A DNA stretch of 63,439 nucleotides, the filler included, from Choristocarpus tenellus KU-1152 (Eukaryota > Protista > Phaeophyceae): the NCBI GenBank assembly GCA_964200185.2. It is 8 parts of 8 records of this genome, joined end to end, with 100 filler letters (N's around TTAATTAATTAA, not from the genome) between each part and the next. Parts side by side here need not be neighbours in the genome. Positions count along the whole stretch, not along the records: positions 1 to 6,414 come from CAXNAD020008189.1; positions 6,515 to 13,470 come from CAXNAD020006973.1; 6 more parts are not named here. One strand, written 5' to 3'. The notes under the pieces were generated by a model. That model was given only the letters and a program-made list of their open reading frames with translations, did no database searches and was not told the DNA's origin. This document shows, in pieces, positions 1-12,218 of the stretch (within the stretch, counting starts at the first letter, position 1; each line of letters opens with the position of its first letter). The position numbers and the translations under genes are program-made.

Positions 1-199
1 GAGTCGGTGGTTGTGGTGGTGGGAGGCTTGCGGTGTGGTGTGTGTCAGCATCCGTTTTTCACCCTTTTTTCGATTTTCACTTTTTTTGTGTGATTTGGTC
101 GCACGTGTCGGATTTGATATGTCAGCAAAAAAAGTTGTTTGACCGAAACGGACGCCCCCTTACAAACCACCCCCTCCCCCCCTCCAGATACTTTGACCC
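1..199. mobile_element. MITE family A variant, truncated by window start
   Basis: Ends in the family TIR CCCC..CCAGATACTTTGACCC (199); the same variant end occurs at 60467-60505. Confidence 0.65.
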
Positions 200-251
200 T
201 GATGTATGGGCTCAATCAAGAGGATGCAATTTGCAACCCATGCCTGCATAC

Positions 252-3200
252 CTGTGCCATTGTGCGATACTCTCCTCGGCGCTTCTCTTGGTCAATCGAC
301 AGGGAGTAGAACCTGTCCCTTGAGTGCTTTGGGTCAAACTCGGTGACCTTGAAAGTTAGCCCAGGCAACAGCATTAGTAGCAGTTTTGAGTAAAGAGGGG
401 GTAGGGACTGCAATCAACAAGAACGGGATTCTTGTTGATGCGTAAGGTGGAGGAGTAATACATTCGAGGCAAGACCTAGACTGCAGCGTAAGCCAAGAGT
501 TTGGGAATAGGTAGTTGCACTAGTACAGGATCGCTAGAAGGTCAAGGTTGTCACGTTTATTACGAAGTATGTAGACAATGAATTGATTGGTTTCGTTTTG
601 CACAGGGAAGTGGACGCACCAACTAAGAAGAGTGACATAAGGCACGGGGGAATCATTTGCTCTCATGAGATACCAATACTTGAATATCTATCATGAGATG
701 CGCAATATTTGCTGCCCTTCAGTTTTCCATCATACAGGTGTGATTAAGGTGTTCGAGTATTCTAGAGACACAAAAGTGTTATCGACCTCCGTAATATTGG
801 AACTGCGTGTAATAGGTGAAGTAGGACTCGCTGAACCGTTGATCATTCCCTCTTCTCGGGATATTCTTGACCCAACATACCGGTACAGCTCCCCCTCGAG
901 CTATTGTTGTTCCCCTTTTGCCGCACTTTGAGGCAAGGCCAAATATCTTTGGCGTTGATCGATCATAAACCCGTCGATGAGCCGAGCGCCCCCTATAAAA
1001 ATGTTTCATACTCTTTTCCGAGTCGGGCAGGTGACTGCCACTTCCACTACAGGAGCCTGCCAGTCTAGCCTGGTGTCTTTCTTGTACTACTGAATGGAAT
1101 CGACCAGTCCTGTGAGTACAACATTGGTTATTGGATAACGTACTGGCTCTTTAGGACACCTGTTCTTACTCCCCTGTACTAAAGAAATATGGAACAGGTC
1201 CTTGGCTCCACCTTGTTTGTCCTTCCACATAGGGGTCTTTGTTGACAGTCGATAGAAAGCCAAGGTGCTGACCCAAAAGCATTTAAGAGAGTAGGAGTCT
1301 TGCCCTCTTTGTTTGTTCAGGGCTTAGCTTCCCACGGCTTTATACACCCTTTTCCCGTTTTCTGTGTGAACAGAGTTACATAAAATGTATACGACTATGA
1401 CAGGTGTGTCCGGAACAAGGATATTGGCACTTGCTAATAAGCACGATAGTCAAATTCATCAAAATCGCAACATAGAATTTATGGTTCCAAATGGACACGG
1501 TCCTACTCTCTTAAATGCTCTGGGTTGCTCTCTGCAGGATATGCCTGAGAAAGACTAGTAGGGAGAGCAATGTCATTCCTAATTCAAGAATATTTTATTA
1601 ATTCCTTGGCTTCACTATACACCTCAAGTCAACCTTTGAACACAATTCAGAAAGTATCCTATACGCATCTTCTATAAAATGTAAAGATTTGTACATGTTT
1701 ATCAGCATCCTAAAGATGCAAAATCTGGGTACCTCTCGTTTACTTTGACTCAGAGCACTAGCCTCATCTCTATGACACTCTTGCATCTCACCTGACTGCG
1801 ACCTATGTCGTAAAGAAAACGTGTCTCCTTGAGTTTTCCTGGGAAAGTTCGTTTCTCTGCGCGACTAATTTCTGCTTCCTTTCAAGGTAGGGGGATTAGG
1901 TTATGCATCAAAGATACCTTAGTTCCCAGCGTGTCACAGCATTGTTCCTGTATTATAATACTGTTACCATTGTTCTATTGGGGGTAGATTTACAAATATG
2001 ATTGGAAGCACTAGGATTGTCATTGCTCGGAGTACTAGGGTGAACGACAAAACAAACTGTAGACATGGGGCACCCATTGTATCATCGTGTGCCTGGTGAG
2101 CGGAAGGTATGTGCTGCAGTAGGTGGCATGTTTGGTTAGTGATATATTTGGACTGTGCTGGGCATGCTGTCAAGCGGCTCAGTATGAGATTTAGTTTTCA
2201 CAGAAAGCCTGCTCGTTGGGGTAGATTAGAGTTCCATTTAATTGCCTTGAAAGCGGTGTATCTAAATTTACGAATTAATGTGATATCACAATCCTCACAA
2301 CTACAAAAAATATTAAAGGCAGTTCAATGTAATTCTGACGTGGTCTTGTGCTACCAATGAATGGAGCACTATCGTAGGCAGGTATTGACCGCCAAATATG
2401 TCCATTATCCAATACCTAGATCAGCAATATACGGAGGAGTACACATGGATCAGGTGTGCTCAGAAGAGAAGCAATCGTAGTGTTTCATCTCTACATCTAC
2501 CTCAAGTATAGCTTTGTCCTTGACAGGGTCCCGCTGCTTCTCCATGATGGCCTGTTCATGGCGCAGTAGATCACGGTATTGTTCTGTTCGGATAGTGGCA
2601 GTGAACTCCCCACGCCTGAAAGCATCCTTTGTCCTTAGTAGGGAAGAGAGGAAGAAGCCCATGTAAATATTGAGGGATCTCTACTACCAATATATTTTTA
2701 CAGGTTTCGAGGTTAATTTGATCGGACGATAGAATGATAGGACCCTTGAGTGAAGTAAGGGTTACATTTCTCAGTTGTCAGTTCCTAGTTTGATGTGGGC
2801 ACATTGTCTACTACCTCATACTGAAGTGCGAAATGACTCTCTATTGCCACCACCTGTGGTACTACATACTCGGGATAGCACAGGTTTTAGTCTATTGCGG
2901 AACACCTGCTTCACGACTTCACTGATTGCTCACCCAAAACCTTGCTTTCGCTTGTCAAGAGGTTGAGTCTTAGCGAATTTTTCCATGTCCGCGTAGGGGT
3001 CACTCCTGTACTCCAGACGACTGAAACTCCCGTTTTCGGCGTTCTTTGGCTTTTGAGGAACCTGAAGAAAGTAGCATTCCATGTCACCGATATTGGAAAT
3101 TGTTTTTAGAATTACAAATGTCATGTCACCTCCACTTCCAAGTAATAGAGTGGCGAAGTGCGACGCAAACGTGTAAGTTGCGAGTTGCTTCCTAAGGAAA

Positions 3201-3542
3201 TTGCTTACCTGAAATTATGCGGAAGAAAAAGTACACTGTGTTGGGGCTATCTGATTATCTCTCTCGTTTCTATGTTTTCATACATGATCAAGAGATCCGT
3301 TGTCAAATGCAATATCAACCTCTGATAGAGCGTGTCGTAGGTACAACAACGAATCGCGACAAATTTCTGTAGTATTTCCCCAACAACAATACTAAAGGTC
3401 GTCAATTTAGCGTACTGACCGAGAAGCCTTTCCCTCTCCATCTGTCCGGGAGATCGAGCTTGGTACCCTTATATGAATCGCCAATGCTGATGTACGCCCC
3501 TCCGTCCACCATGTTCTTGTTGAAGCGTTTAGTGGAATACAT
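252..3542 (-). CDS. Conserved uncharacterised protein, probably ciliary/flagellar (YISIGD..Y and GFGTKDAFRRGEFTATIRTEQYR motifs); 3' end not found in the window
   Basis: Five phase-compatible GT-AG exons (3542-3420, 3061-2934, 2633-2501, 1878-1792, 347-252) give MYSTKRFNKNMVDGGAYISIGDSY..RWRGKGFS|VPQKPKNAENG..KRKQGFG|TKDAFRRGEFTATIRTEQYRDLL..|..FLYDIGRSQ|VTEFDPKHSRDRFY; ciliary role is inferred. Confidence 0.8.
1270..1525. mobile_element. MITE family B, divergent subfamily B2
   Basis: TIRs GACCCAAAAGCATTTAAGAGAGTAGGA / TCCTACTCTCTTAAATGCTCTGGGT, probable TSD TGCT; interior similar to 59502-59767; lies in an intron. Confidence 0.75.
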
Positions 3543-3989
3543 AGTCCCTTTGTCTTGGGTTCAAGAGCACTACAACACCCTGTAAAATTGGTGACAAGTG
3601 CCAAACAAAGTATTTCTGTTTGTGGAGTTCCAAGGTTTCCAAAACGAAATCAAGAGGGCATGGACTGGTTGCCAATGCAACGTAATAACGACTCGACCGT
3701 GCACTCTACAAAGTTTTTCCCACTATTTTCATGGGGTGTTCAAGGACGGGTACTGGGTAGGGGAAATCGAAAATCAAAAAGGAACTCAAAAATCGAAAAG
3801 GAACAACACAAACCTCCGTTTCACAGTTTCATTGAAGTGGACAGATTGAAGCAACCAATCAAGGTGTTGAAAAACTTGTTTGTTGTATCAAAATTGTTCC
3901 TGTACTGGCTCTCTCAAGATTTTTCAAGTATCATAGATAAAATAGCCAACTACCACTTTGTCTCTATCATCTTGACCAAAGTAGTCGTG
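3543..3989. promoter_or_regulatory. Putative bidirectional promoter / 5' UTR region
   Basis: 447 bp between two divergent ATGs (3542 minus, 3990 plus). Confidence 0.5.
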
Positions 3990-5456
3990 ATGGAAGACGC
4001 TACCGTCAAATGCCTCCAGTGTGGCGAAGGATTGACTCGTGGAGGGAAGTTCTGTGGCTCATACTACACGGTGAATGCTGTTGAGAAGGTTCACAGAGGT
4101 ATGTGTTGACTGATAGTACGTACAAGGTATGCTCGTCGCCAGCATAGTGGTGCAAACAAAGCATGTCTGTTATGTTTCTAGAGGAATCTTGTTATCAACC
4201 CCTTATACGTGCTTGTCCTTTTGCTGGTTGAGTAGGGGCTCAGCTTGCATAGCCTTGAATGGATCCTCTGGTTGCCGCTCTCCTATACCAGAAAGTCGTA
4301 CCTCCAACCCTAAATAACCAGAGTGCTGGGAAATACACAAGATCTCCAAGGCAACAAGATGTGGACACTGCCAGGGACCCGTGGTGTCAATACCTGGTCA
4401 ATTCTCTGGTCGGTCCTTCAACAGCGAAGGAGGGATAAAAGTGCATGAGGTCTGTCACTCTTCCTTCCCTATCAATAATTGTGTGAGGTGGAAACGTTGA
4501 CACAACATGGACCTTCAGTGGCCAGTCCTACATCACCCCAAAATTTCCTTCCCATTGTGCCCTTCGCCTGACCCTCTGGAAACACATCAAATAAGGAATG
4601 CTGGGAAGCCTATCGGATTAAGAATGCGCCGACATGCGACCATTGCAAGGAGCCCATTATGGAAAAACCGAAGCGGTTTAGCGGGAGATTTGTAAATACC
4701 AACGGGCGAAAGGTTCACAGGTGATCTGCCCCCTTCGGTCCGCTCTTCTTCCCTCCGGTCCCCTTCATTGCCAGCAGCCCTTGCTTGACCTTACGAATAC
4801 ATCGATCTTTTCTGTCGGATCAAGGGTGTAAATGGATGTCCTCCTGAAGGAATTCCCACCTAGCCGCGATCGCAGGCGTACTGTCACGCATGGGTGCTTC
4901 TACCCGTACCAGTACTCATGCCACTACTAATATAAGCAAGCCAATCTTAATTTTTGTCATACGGAGGAGGTCGTGCAAGTGCCTTGAATATAACCTTTGG
5001 TTCCAGCTCAGAACACGGTTCTGCTTCAAGGCATGTGTAGAATCTTCTCTTATCTCCTGCCGCTCTGCACTTTCACACCCAAGTCTCCTATTAGACCAGC
5101 ATTTAACCGAACCCAGCTCTACCCCTTACAGATGTTCAGATTTCTGGTCTGACAACAATTAATGATCAGTGTTTAACCCAAGCAAGCGTGCTGGTAGGTC
5201 TACCATGTCATTTGAGTCTAACGTGTTTTGGCCAGCTGCCATGCTGTATAATGCTATCCTTCCCCCCCCACCTGTCCTGTCCCGTCCCGATCCCCATTTT
5301 CTCACTATTTTACCTCTGCTACCCAGTGAGTGTCTTCAGGCATACCAGGAAGCCTCAGCCCCTCTATGCGCACACTGTAGCCAGAGGGTCTCTCCAGTTC
5401 CAGGCCGTTTCAGTGGTTCCTACTGTATTGTGGAGGGTGATCTCAGAGCTCATTCT
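3990..5456 (+). CDS. Tandem zinc-finger protein with four C-x2-C-x23/24-H-x2-C (half-LIM-like) repeats; 3' incomplete
   Basis: Exons 3990-4098, 4322-4449, 4596-4720 and 5327-5456 splice in frame: CLQC..KVHREC, CGHC..KVHEEC, CDHC..KVHSEC, CAHC..RAHS|. Confidence 0.85.
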
Positions 5457-6414
5457 GTGAGTGGTTAGTCCCTCTGTAAGTGATGACACCCTGCAGAGTC
5501 TTGCCGATGTTTTGGAGGGCAGTGTGCATAGTGTAGTAGAGTGATATCTAGACGAACGGATCATCTGACATCTTTCAATGACACAATTGGATGCATTTGC
5601 CCATTGAAACTTAAGTTCATACAATATCAATTTTGACTCTGTGTGTGTCTGTGTGTCTTACCTATACTGGGATTTATGATCAAAATCAGCCATTTGCACC
5701 CACAGATCATATTAGTGCCAAAGAACAGAAGGGTAAAGCACATTGTTAACCAAAGGAGGGGTGACTGTCATCAACAACCATGTAGCCTTTTTTCTAGTTG
5801 TGTGTGCAGGCACTGACAAGCATGTAGCCTCTGTGAGTATTGAAGAGCCTCTCCTAATCCCTCCCTCCCCTCGCCTCCCCCCCAACCCCCTTCTTTTTTT
5901 ATGTAACGGAAACGGTAACAGAGTTTTTTTCTTTAATCTCTCACAAATTGGCTTGGCTATTTCTTTCTTCTTCAAATTACTCTGCTTGTCGGATGTTTTC
6001 AGTATGTGTTGAACACATTTATTGCTTGTATGGTAAGAAAAAGGAGGGTCTTACGAAACGGCGCTCAAGAACACTCATGGAAGCTTACCACTGCAATCCT
6101 GACTCAAACCTAAGAGATGTTTCCCTAACCCTAACCTTTTTTTTCTTTTTCTTGTTAAAGAACTACGGGCTGGAATGGCTCGCTGTACGATGGGGCTGAA
6201 ACTCCGGCATATAAACAAAAAAATAATTTACCCTCGCAGCATACAAAAAATCTTCCGCAAGAACAATAAAAGATCTTTCGGAGAGATAAGGAGTGGGATG
6301 AGGGTTGGGGGGGGGGGGGGGGGGGGGGGGGGGAAAAAAAAAAAAGAAAAGGGAGAAGCCTCCCTAAAAAAAAAAAAAACAAAAAAAAAAAAAAAAAAAA
6401 AAAAAGGATGTGGG

Positions 6415-6514
6415 NNNNNNNNNNNNNNNNNNNNNNNNNNNNNNNNNNNNNNNNNNNNTTAATTAATTAANNNNNNNNNNNNNNNNNNNNNNNNNNNNNN
6501 NNNNNNNNNNNNNN
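6415..6514. other. Artificial contig linker
   Basis: N44-TTAATTAATTAA-N44, stops in all six frames. Confidence 0.98.
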
Positions 6515-6709
6515 GTGCGCTTTCGCACCTCAGCTGCAGCAGCAGCTACACCATTGCTGGTGGATGAATGGGTGAGATGAGAGGTTGCCTGTACCTCTGC
6601 GAAGGTGACGTCAAGCAGAATACCTTTGTCCCTGTAGGGAGCTGTTCTGGCGTCTGCTAGTGCCCCTGCGTGGAACACCAGATCCATGCGGAGATTCCTG
6701 TCCACTGTG
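6515..6709 (-). mobile_element. CRE/R2-type non-LTR retrotransposon fragment, restriction-like endonuclease domain
   Basis: DRNLRMDLVFH..KGILLDVTFAE..AAAAAEVRKR matches the REL-type RMD..DVT..E.RK pattern; homologous to 10960-11150. Confidence 0.75.
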
Positions 6710-6871
6710 AAAGTGTCAATATCCTTGTTCTGGAGACACCTTTCATAACGTACGCATTTTACCTACTCCGAGATATTTTGAAGTAGGAAAATGTCATTAA
6801 AAAAAATATGGGAAGCCAAGCCCCAATGAACAAACGGGGCAAAACTCGTACCCTCTAAGATACTTTCACTC
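6710..6871. mobile_element. MITE family B, partial
   Basis: Interior homologous to other B copies; ends TACCCTCTAAGATACTTTCACTC. Confidence 0.8.
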
Positions 6872-6874
6872 ACT

Positions 6875-7302
6875 TGTCGAATAACCTAGTGTTATCCTTA
6901 CGTTATTAATGCTGACACAAGTATATAACATAGGTTGTACGTACGTTTATAATTAGTTAGGTATGATACAATGTACGAACGTGCATAAAAATATAATAAG
7001 TCTTCATTCACACGTCACTGATGATGGATGGCTGACGGGCAATCAATATTTCAGTGTATGTTTTACCATGTAATTCAACTTCTAGCTTTTGGCGACGAGC
7101 CTAGGGGAGGTGCAGCCTGACTGGTTTGGTTTGGACTAGACGCTTAAGCGTGTTGAGAAGCTTGGCGCATGTAAGGCTCATCGCCTCGGTGTTGGCCCAC
7201 CGGTCGCCATCATGTGGCGGAGGCAGTACAGCAGCAGGCGCATGCTGGCAGGGTGGGCCAACACCGAGGCGACGAGCCTTACATGCGCCAAGCTTCTCAA
7301 CA
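6875..7302 (+). repeat. 5' LTR of Copia-1, containing an inverted duplication
   Basis: Direct repeat of 10134-10388 with ~170 bp extra near the U5 end. Confidence 0.85.
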
Positions 7303-7324
7303 CGCTTAAGCGTCTAATCCAAAC
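7129..7324. repeat. Inverted repeat: ~73-bp arms, ~50-nt loop
   Basis: 7129-7201 is the near-perfect reverse complement of 7252-7324. Confidence 0.92.
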
Positions 7325-7381
7325 TCTAGCTAGGGGAGGCGCAGCCGGACTGGTTTGGTTTGAATTGGTATTACATCACTC

Positions 7382-10069
7382 ATGGCTACTGATGATGGGT
7401 TTCATAATAAACTCCTTCAACTTACAGATGACAACTATGCCGATTGGTTTGCTACAACCCATGCATTTTGGGGGGTGAAGGGGGATATTGACGAGGCATT
7501 GGAGTACAGAGAGGAACCCATCACGGTGGGTGATATAGATTTCATGTAGAGGAAGGTGAGGATGAAGAAGAGATCACCAAGGCCGGCGTTCGAGAGCCAC
7601 GATACAACAAGCTGCTCGTTCGCGCTACTTCTCTCTCCAACGGGAAGCAGCTGATCGCGGAGAGCCCGGGAGCACTCTGGCCGCGAGGACCGTGAAAAAG
7701 GCTGGCCGAGGTGGCAGCCGGGGTATGACTGGTCATCGCATTGACCCTGGGACGACAGGATCCCGTTCCAGAGGGCTAACCCAGGCCCGACAGAGATGTG
7801 ATAAGTGTGGATTGGTTAGACATTACGGCTCCTGTACATTTAAAGGACCGTGTTGCAGCTGCGGGAAGAATGGCCACCTGCGAGCTGTGTGCCCCTAGAG
7901 GAGGGCAAACCCGTTAAAGTCGGCGAGAATACTAGCTGAACCAGACGAACCGGCTAGGGAATCTAGGAAGTTCAAGACCATGTTATCCACTGTGGCTGAT
8001 AATGGCAAGGATAGATTGGATGCTTTCGAAACGTGGTGTTTTGATTCAGGTGCTTCCAACAGTGTAACAAAAGACTCTAAGTACATGTATGACTTCATCA
8101 CATGTCCATAAGGCCACAACATGACCGTGGCTGACCGCACATCACTACCCATTGTGGGGTATGGCAAGATTGATTTGAATCTCAATGTTGGCCGCGATGA
8201 GTGGGTGCATGTTACTCTGACGTCTGTTACACTTGTCCCGAAGATAGCTTTCAATCTTCTCTCTTGACATTCTGCTAGTAGGGCTAAGGAAGTGAATAGC
8301 AATGTTGGTGATGTTGATGGGGTGGATGAGGCCAAAGACAGCCAATGTGAAAGGGAATTACGACGACTCAGCATTGGAAATGGTGAAGACAACACGAGAT
8401 CAGGCAATCATCCTACTTCCGCCAAAGCTTCCGTTTTTAACGTGTCCAATTTTTTTTATTGACTTGTTTGTCTGTTTTCCATTGAGACTATCCTTGTGAT
8501 TTGTGTGAGTGAAAAGTATATTAGAGTGTTAGCGGGTGAATTCCCTCCAGAACCCAAGACTGTAAGAGCAGCACGTAGCTCTCCCAAATGTGATTTATGG
8601 GATCGAGTTAGAGCAGAAGAGATGTCTGGTTTGTTGTTGAATAGTGTTTGGGTGGAGGCCGTATTACCCCCTGGACGCAGGGCAATAGACACTAAATGGA
8701 TTCACAAGCGTAAGACAAACAAATTTGGTGAGGTAGTTAGATATAAGGCACGTTTGGTAGAAAAAGGTTTTCGACTGATTGAGGGTTTAGATTACCAAGA
8801 TACCTTTGCACCAACACCATCTCCTTCGTCTTTAATAATGGTTTTAGCATTAGCTGCAGACAAGGATTAGGAATTGAAGCATTGGGATGTGAAACAAGCT
8901 TTTATCCGAGCAGACATAAGTGAAGAGATCTCTGTTCGTTTATGTGATGGATGTGGTATATGGTCTGGAAAGATTGTCCGTTTAGTCAAGGCACTTTATG
9001 GCACCAAACAGGCAAGCAGAGAGTTTAATAATCTGTTGGTGCACGTTTTGGAACAATGTGGTTTTGAGCAATGCAGAGCAGATCCTTGTGTGTTACGCTA
9101 TGTAAGAGATCGCGTTGTTTGTGCTGTGATAGCCCCTAACGTAGATGATCTTTTGGTAGCTGGTAAAATAGATGTCTTGATTTGGGTTCACTCTAGGATC
9201 AAATAGCAGTTTTCCATAGAAGATTTTGGGGATCTTTAGTATTATATGGGTTGTGAGATTTCACATGACAGAACTGCACATACTGTCACCATCAGTCAGA
9301 CTAGGTACATCAAGAGTGTCAAAGATTTGGTATGGATGGGGCAAAGAAGAGATCGGTACCCCATGATCTCTCAAGGACCCTAGACAAGAGTGAGAGTCAT
9401 CCAAGTGTTGATGAAAATACACCGTACAGAGAGGCAGTTGGTAGTTTGATGTGGGCATCTGTTATGAATAGGCTTGACATTGCAAATGCAGTTTGTGAAG
9501 TTGCCAAGTACAGTAGCATCCAAATGTCACACAATGGTGTGCAGTGAAATATATTTTAGCATATTTGAATACATGTCCCAGTGTTGGATTGAGTTTTGGT
9601 GGTTTTGATACTGAGTGTGAGTTGAGTGCATATGCTGATGCTAATTATGCCGGAGACTGGAATGATCGTAGATCAGTGACTGGAGGGGCGATATCTTGTA
9701 TGTCAGAGGTACAAAGAGTAGTAGCTCTGTCTTTCACGGAGAGTGAACACATAACTCTTAGTAGTGTGGCACAGGAATTACTTTTCTTGAGAAGCGTTTT
9801 TTGAGTTTATTCAGCCACAGTTTCCTAGGCGTTGCATTGACTATTTTTGAGGACAACGATGGTGCATGCAAACTAGTATGAAATGCCACAAGCTCTACTA
9901 GAACAAAGCACATTGATGTCCGACATCATTTTTTGAGGGATTTGTCTAGAAAAGGAGAGATTCGTGTTGTTTTTGTTGGTACTGCAAATCAAAGGGCACA
10001 CATGTATTGACCAAGATTTTTTCACTTCGAGTTCTTAGACAACGTGTGAAGTTTTTGATGAACATGTGA
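7382..10069 (+). pseudogene. Copia gag-pol remnant
   Basis: Gag LTDDNYADW; Zn knuckle CCSCGKNGHLRAVC; protease WCFDSGAS; RT RYKARLVEKG, DVKQAF, LYGTKQA, NVDDLL; RNase H YADANYAGD..DRRSVTG, RTKHIDVRHHF; many stops and frameshifts. Confidence 0.93.
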
Positions 10070-10133
10070 GACAACGTATGTGTTTTTGTTGTGATTGTTT
10101 GAGAGTAAATACTTGTTTTCAGCAAGGGAAGGA

Positions 10134-10388
10134 TGTCGAATATCCTAGTGCTATCCTTACGTTATTAATGCTGACACAAGTACGTAACATAGGTTATACG
10201 TACGTTTGTAATTAGTTAGGTATGATACAAAGTACGAGCGTGCATAAAAATATAATAAGTCAGCATTCATTCACACGTCAGTTATGATGGATGGCTGACG
10301 GGCAATTAATAATTCAGTGTAGGTTTTACCATGTAATTCAACTGCTAGCTTTCGGCGACAAGCCTTACATGCGCCAAGCTTCTCAACA
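10134..10388 (+). repeat. 3' LTR of Copia-1
   Basis: Follows the PPT; TG...CA termini. Confidence 0.9.
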
Positions 10389-10410
10389 CCACTGCCAACC
10401 TTCCAGATGA

Positions 10411-10601
10411 GCTCAAGGTATCTGCAGGGGGTGTATCGGCTGTCCATTCAGGACCCATTTTTCCATGTCGATATTTTCCAAAGGGTGATTTTGTTGCATG
10501 CGTCGGATGTATAATATAAGTAAAGCGCACTTTTCTCCTGGTCAGCGTCCGAGTGGACACCCTGGTGTAACCCCCCCCCTCCCCACTAGATACTTTGAGT
10601 C
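10411..10601. mobile_element. MITE family A
   Basis: TIRs (G)GCTCAAGGTATCT / AGATACTTTGAGTC; TSD ATGA. Confidence 0.85.
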
Positions 10602-10611
10602 ATGATTCTGA

Positions 10612-11183
10612 GGAAGAACCAAGGGAAACCATTCTTCGGTAGCTCTAGCCGGTCACCGCAGACAGTGTGAGCAAGGGGTCAATGCATGGGCCTCCACACA
10701 ACATTAGAATCAGCATGACGGATTCCTCCAGTAGAGTTTAGTCTCATCACTAGTAGATCTCTAGGAAGGGAAGAGGCCCTATCCAACAGATGCCCAGTCA
10801 CAGGGTGCAGGACCCACGACGTCTATACCCAACATACCCATACCTGCCCTAGGGGCAGGAGGACAAATACCCCAGCACATGCTTTACGGTGAAACGTCTG
10901 GGTCAACTCTACAAGGGAATGGGTATCCCTTGCACTATGGTGGATGGCCGCCTGTTTGCAGTGGATAGGAACTTCGGCATGGATGTGTGATCCATGATGG
11001 GGCACTTTTGGACCCTGACTCAGCTCCCTACCGGAACAAAGGCCTCCTTCTGGATGTTGCTTTGGAGAAGTCCAAGCAGCCTCCCATATGCCTCACACAT
11101 CCACCAGCAATGGTGTAGTTACTGCTGCAGCCGAGGCCCAAAAGCGCCCCCACTATAAGGGGATCTTTTGACCCTCACAGTTT
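10612..11183 (+). mobile_element. CRE-like non-LTR retrotransposon 3' fragment
   Basis: Homologous to 28699-28920 (SLGREEALSNRC) and to 6515-6709 (AAAEAQKRPHY); frameshifted. Confidence 0.75.
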
Positions 11184-11935
11184 TGGTATCGAGTGTAACA
11201 AAACTGACCACCTACAGTGTTGGCACTCGCCTACTCCATCAACTTTATCGTGCCATAACTTTTGATCAACAACGAATGTTTTCATTAAAATTAGTTTGTT
11301 GTGATCGCATCAGCATGCTTAACCTTATTTGATGGGTCTCGGTTGATCAACTTAGAGTAATCGTGAGAAATACAGGACCATACTTTAATCAAGTAATCCG
11401 CGCAGAACTTGGGGGTTGTTGTCTCTCCATTCTCTTTCCATTATTTCCCATTTATGCGATGTTGTCACCTCCTGGCTAAGGCTCACTCATGAGGGGGCCA
11501 GTCTCTGAACCAGACAATCCATGCCAAATCAAATGAGGTATTCTGAAGGTGCAGGCCTCCTGTGAGACTTAAATGCCTTGTATAACCTGTCCAGTTTTGT
11601 ACACTTCATTCCTTTCTTGTCGGAATATATCAGGTGGTAAGCAATACTCATCCTGAAGAACCGCTCCACAATTACTCTAGACAGCCCCTCTTCATCCTTA
11701 AGACTGACAGGAATGTTGACTCTCATTCCAGGCAACTTGTAGTCACAATGGCCTCGTACATAGATAGTGCTTCGTCCGCCCCCATACCATCTCTAGCGGG
11801 TTCAATTCACAGTGGTACTTTGGAAGCATCAAGCAGTGTCCTTCAAGATGCTCAACCAGAATCGTGTCCTGTGAGTGGCTTAAACCGTATTAAGCCGAGG
11901 TTAGCCCACGTACCGTTTTGGCGGTGATCAATTTT

Positions 11936-12218
11936 GATTTTTTAAAGGGTTGCCCAACGTATTAATCGACGATCAGCTCTGGATCTAAGCCATCGACTGA
12001 TGCAAAGTAATTATTTCGGAAAAATATGCTTGGTCGTGATAGTTCATCCCGGAGCATTTCCAAGTTTGTGCCGAAAACATTCGGTTAAAATTTAACCTCA
12101 CCAAAATACTTTTCCGAAAAAGTTACTTTGCATCAGTCAGACGATAGCTTAGATCCAGAGCTTTCATTTGATATGCCCATCGTCGTTTATCTCGTTGGGT
12201 AACCCTTTCAAAAAGATC
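11936..12218. repeat. Imperfect long palindrome (foldback), probably part of a DNA transposon
   Basis: 11936-12032 is reverse-complementary to 12101-12218 (AAAGGGTTGCCCAACG..AGCTCTGGATCTAAGC..GACTGATGCAAAGTAA). Confidence 0.8.

Larger units (their letters stand above)
6875..10388 (+). mobile_element. Ty1/Copia LTR retrotransposon, degenerate, integrase deleted
   Basis: LTRs TGTCGAA...TCTCAACA at 6875-7302 (rearranged) and 10134-10388; PPT AGCAAGGGAAGGA; TSD TCACT/CCACT; gag-pol motifs inside. Confidence 0.93.

Noticed and set aside
6300-6414. Poly-G/poly-A run giving a Gly/Lys-rich ORF
   Set aside because: Low-quality homopolymer sequence at a contig end
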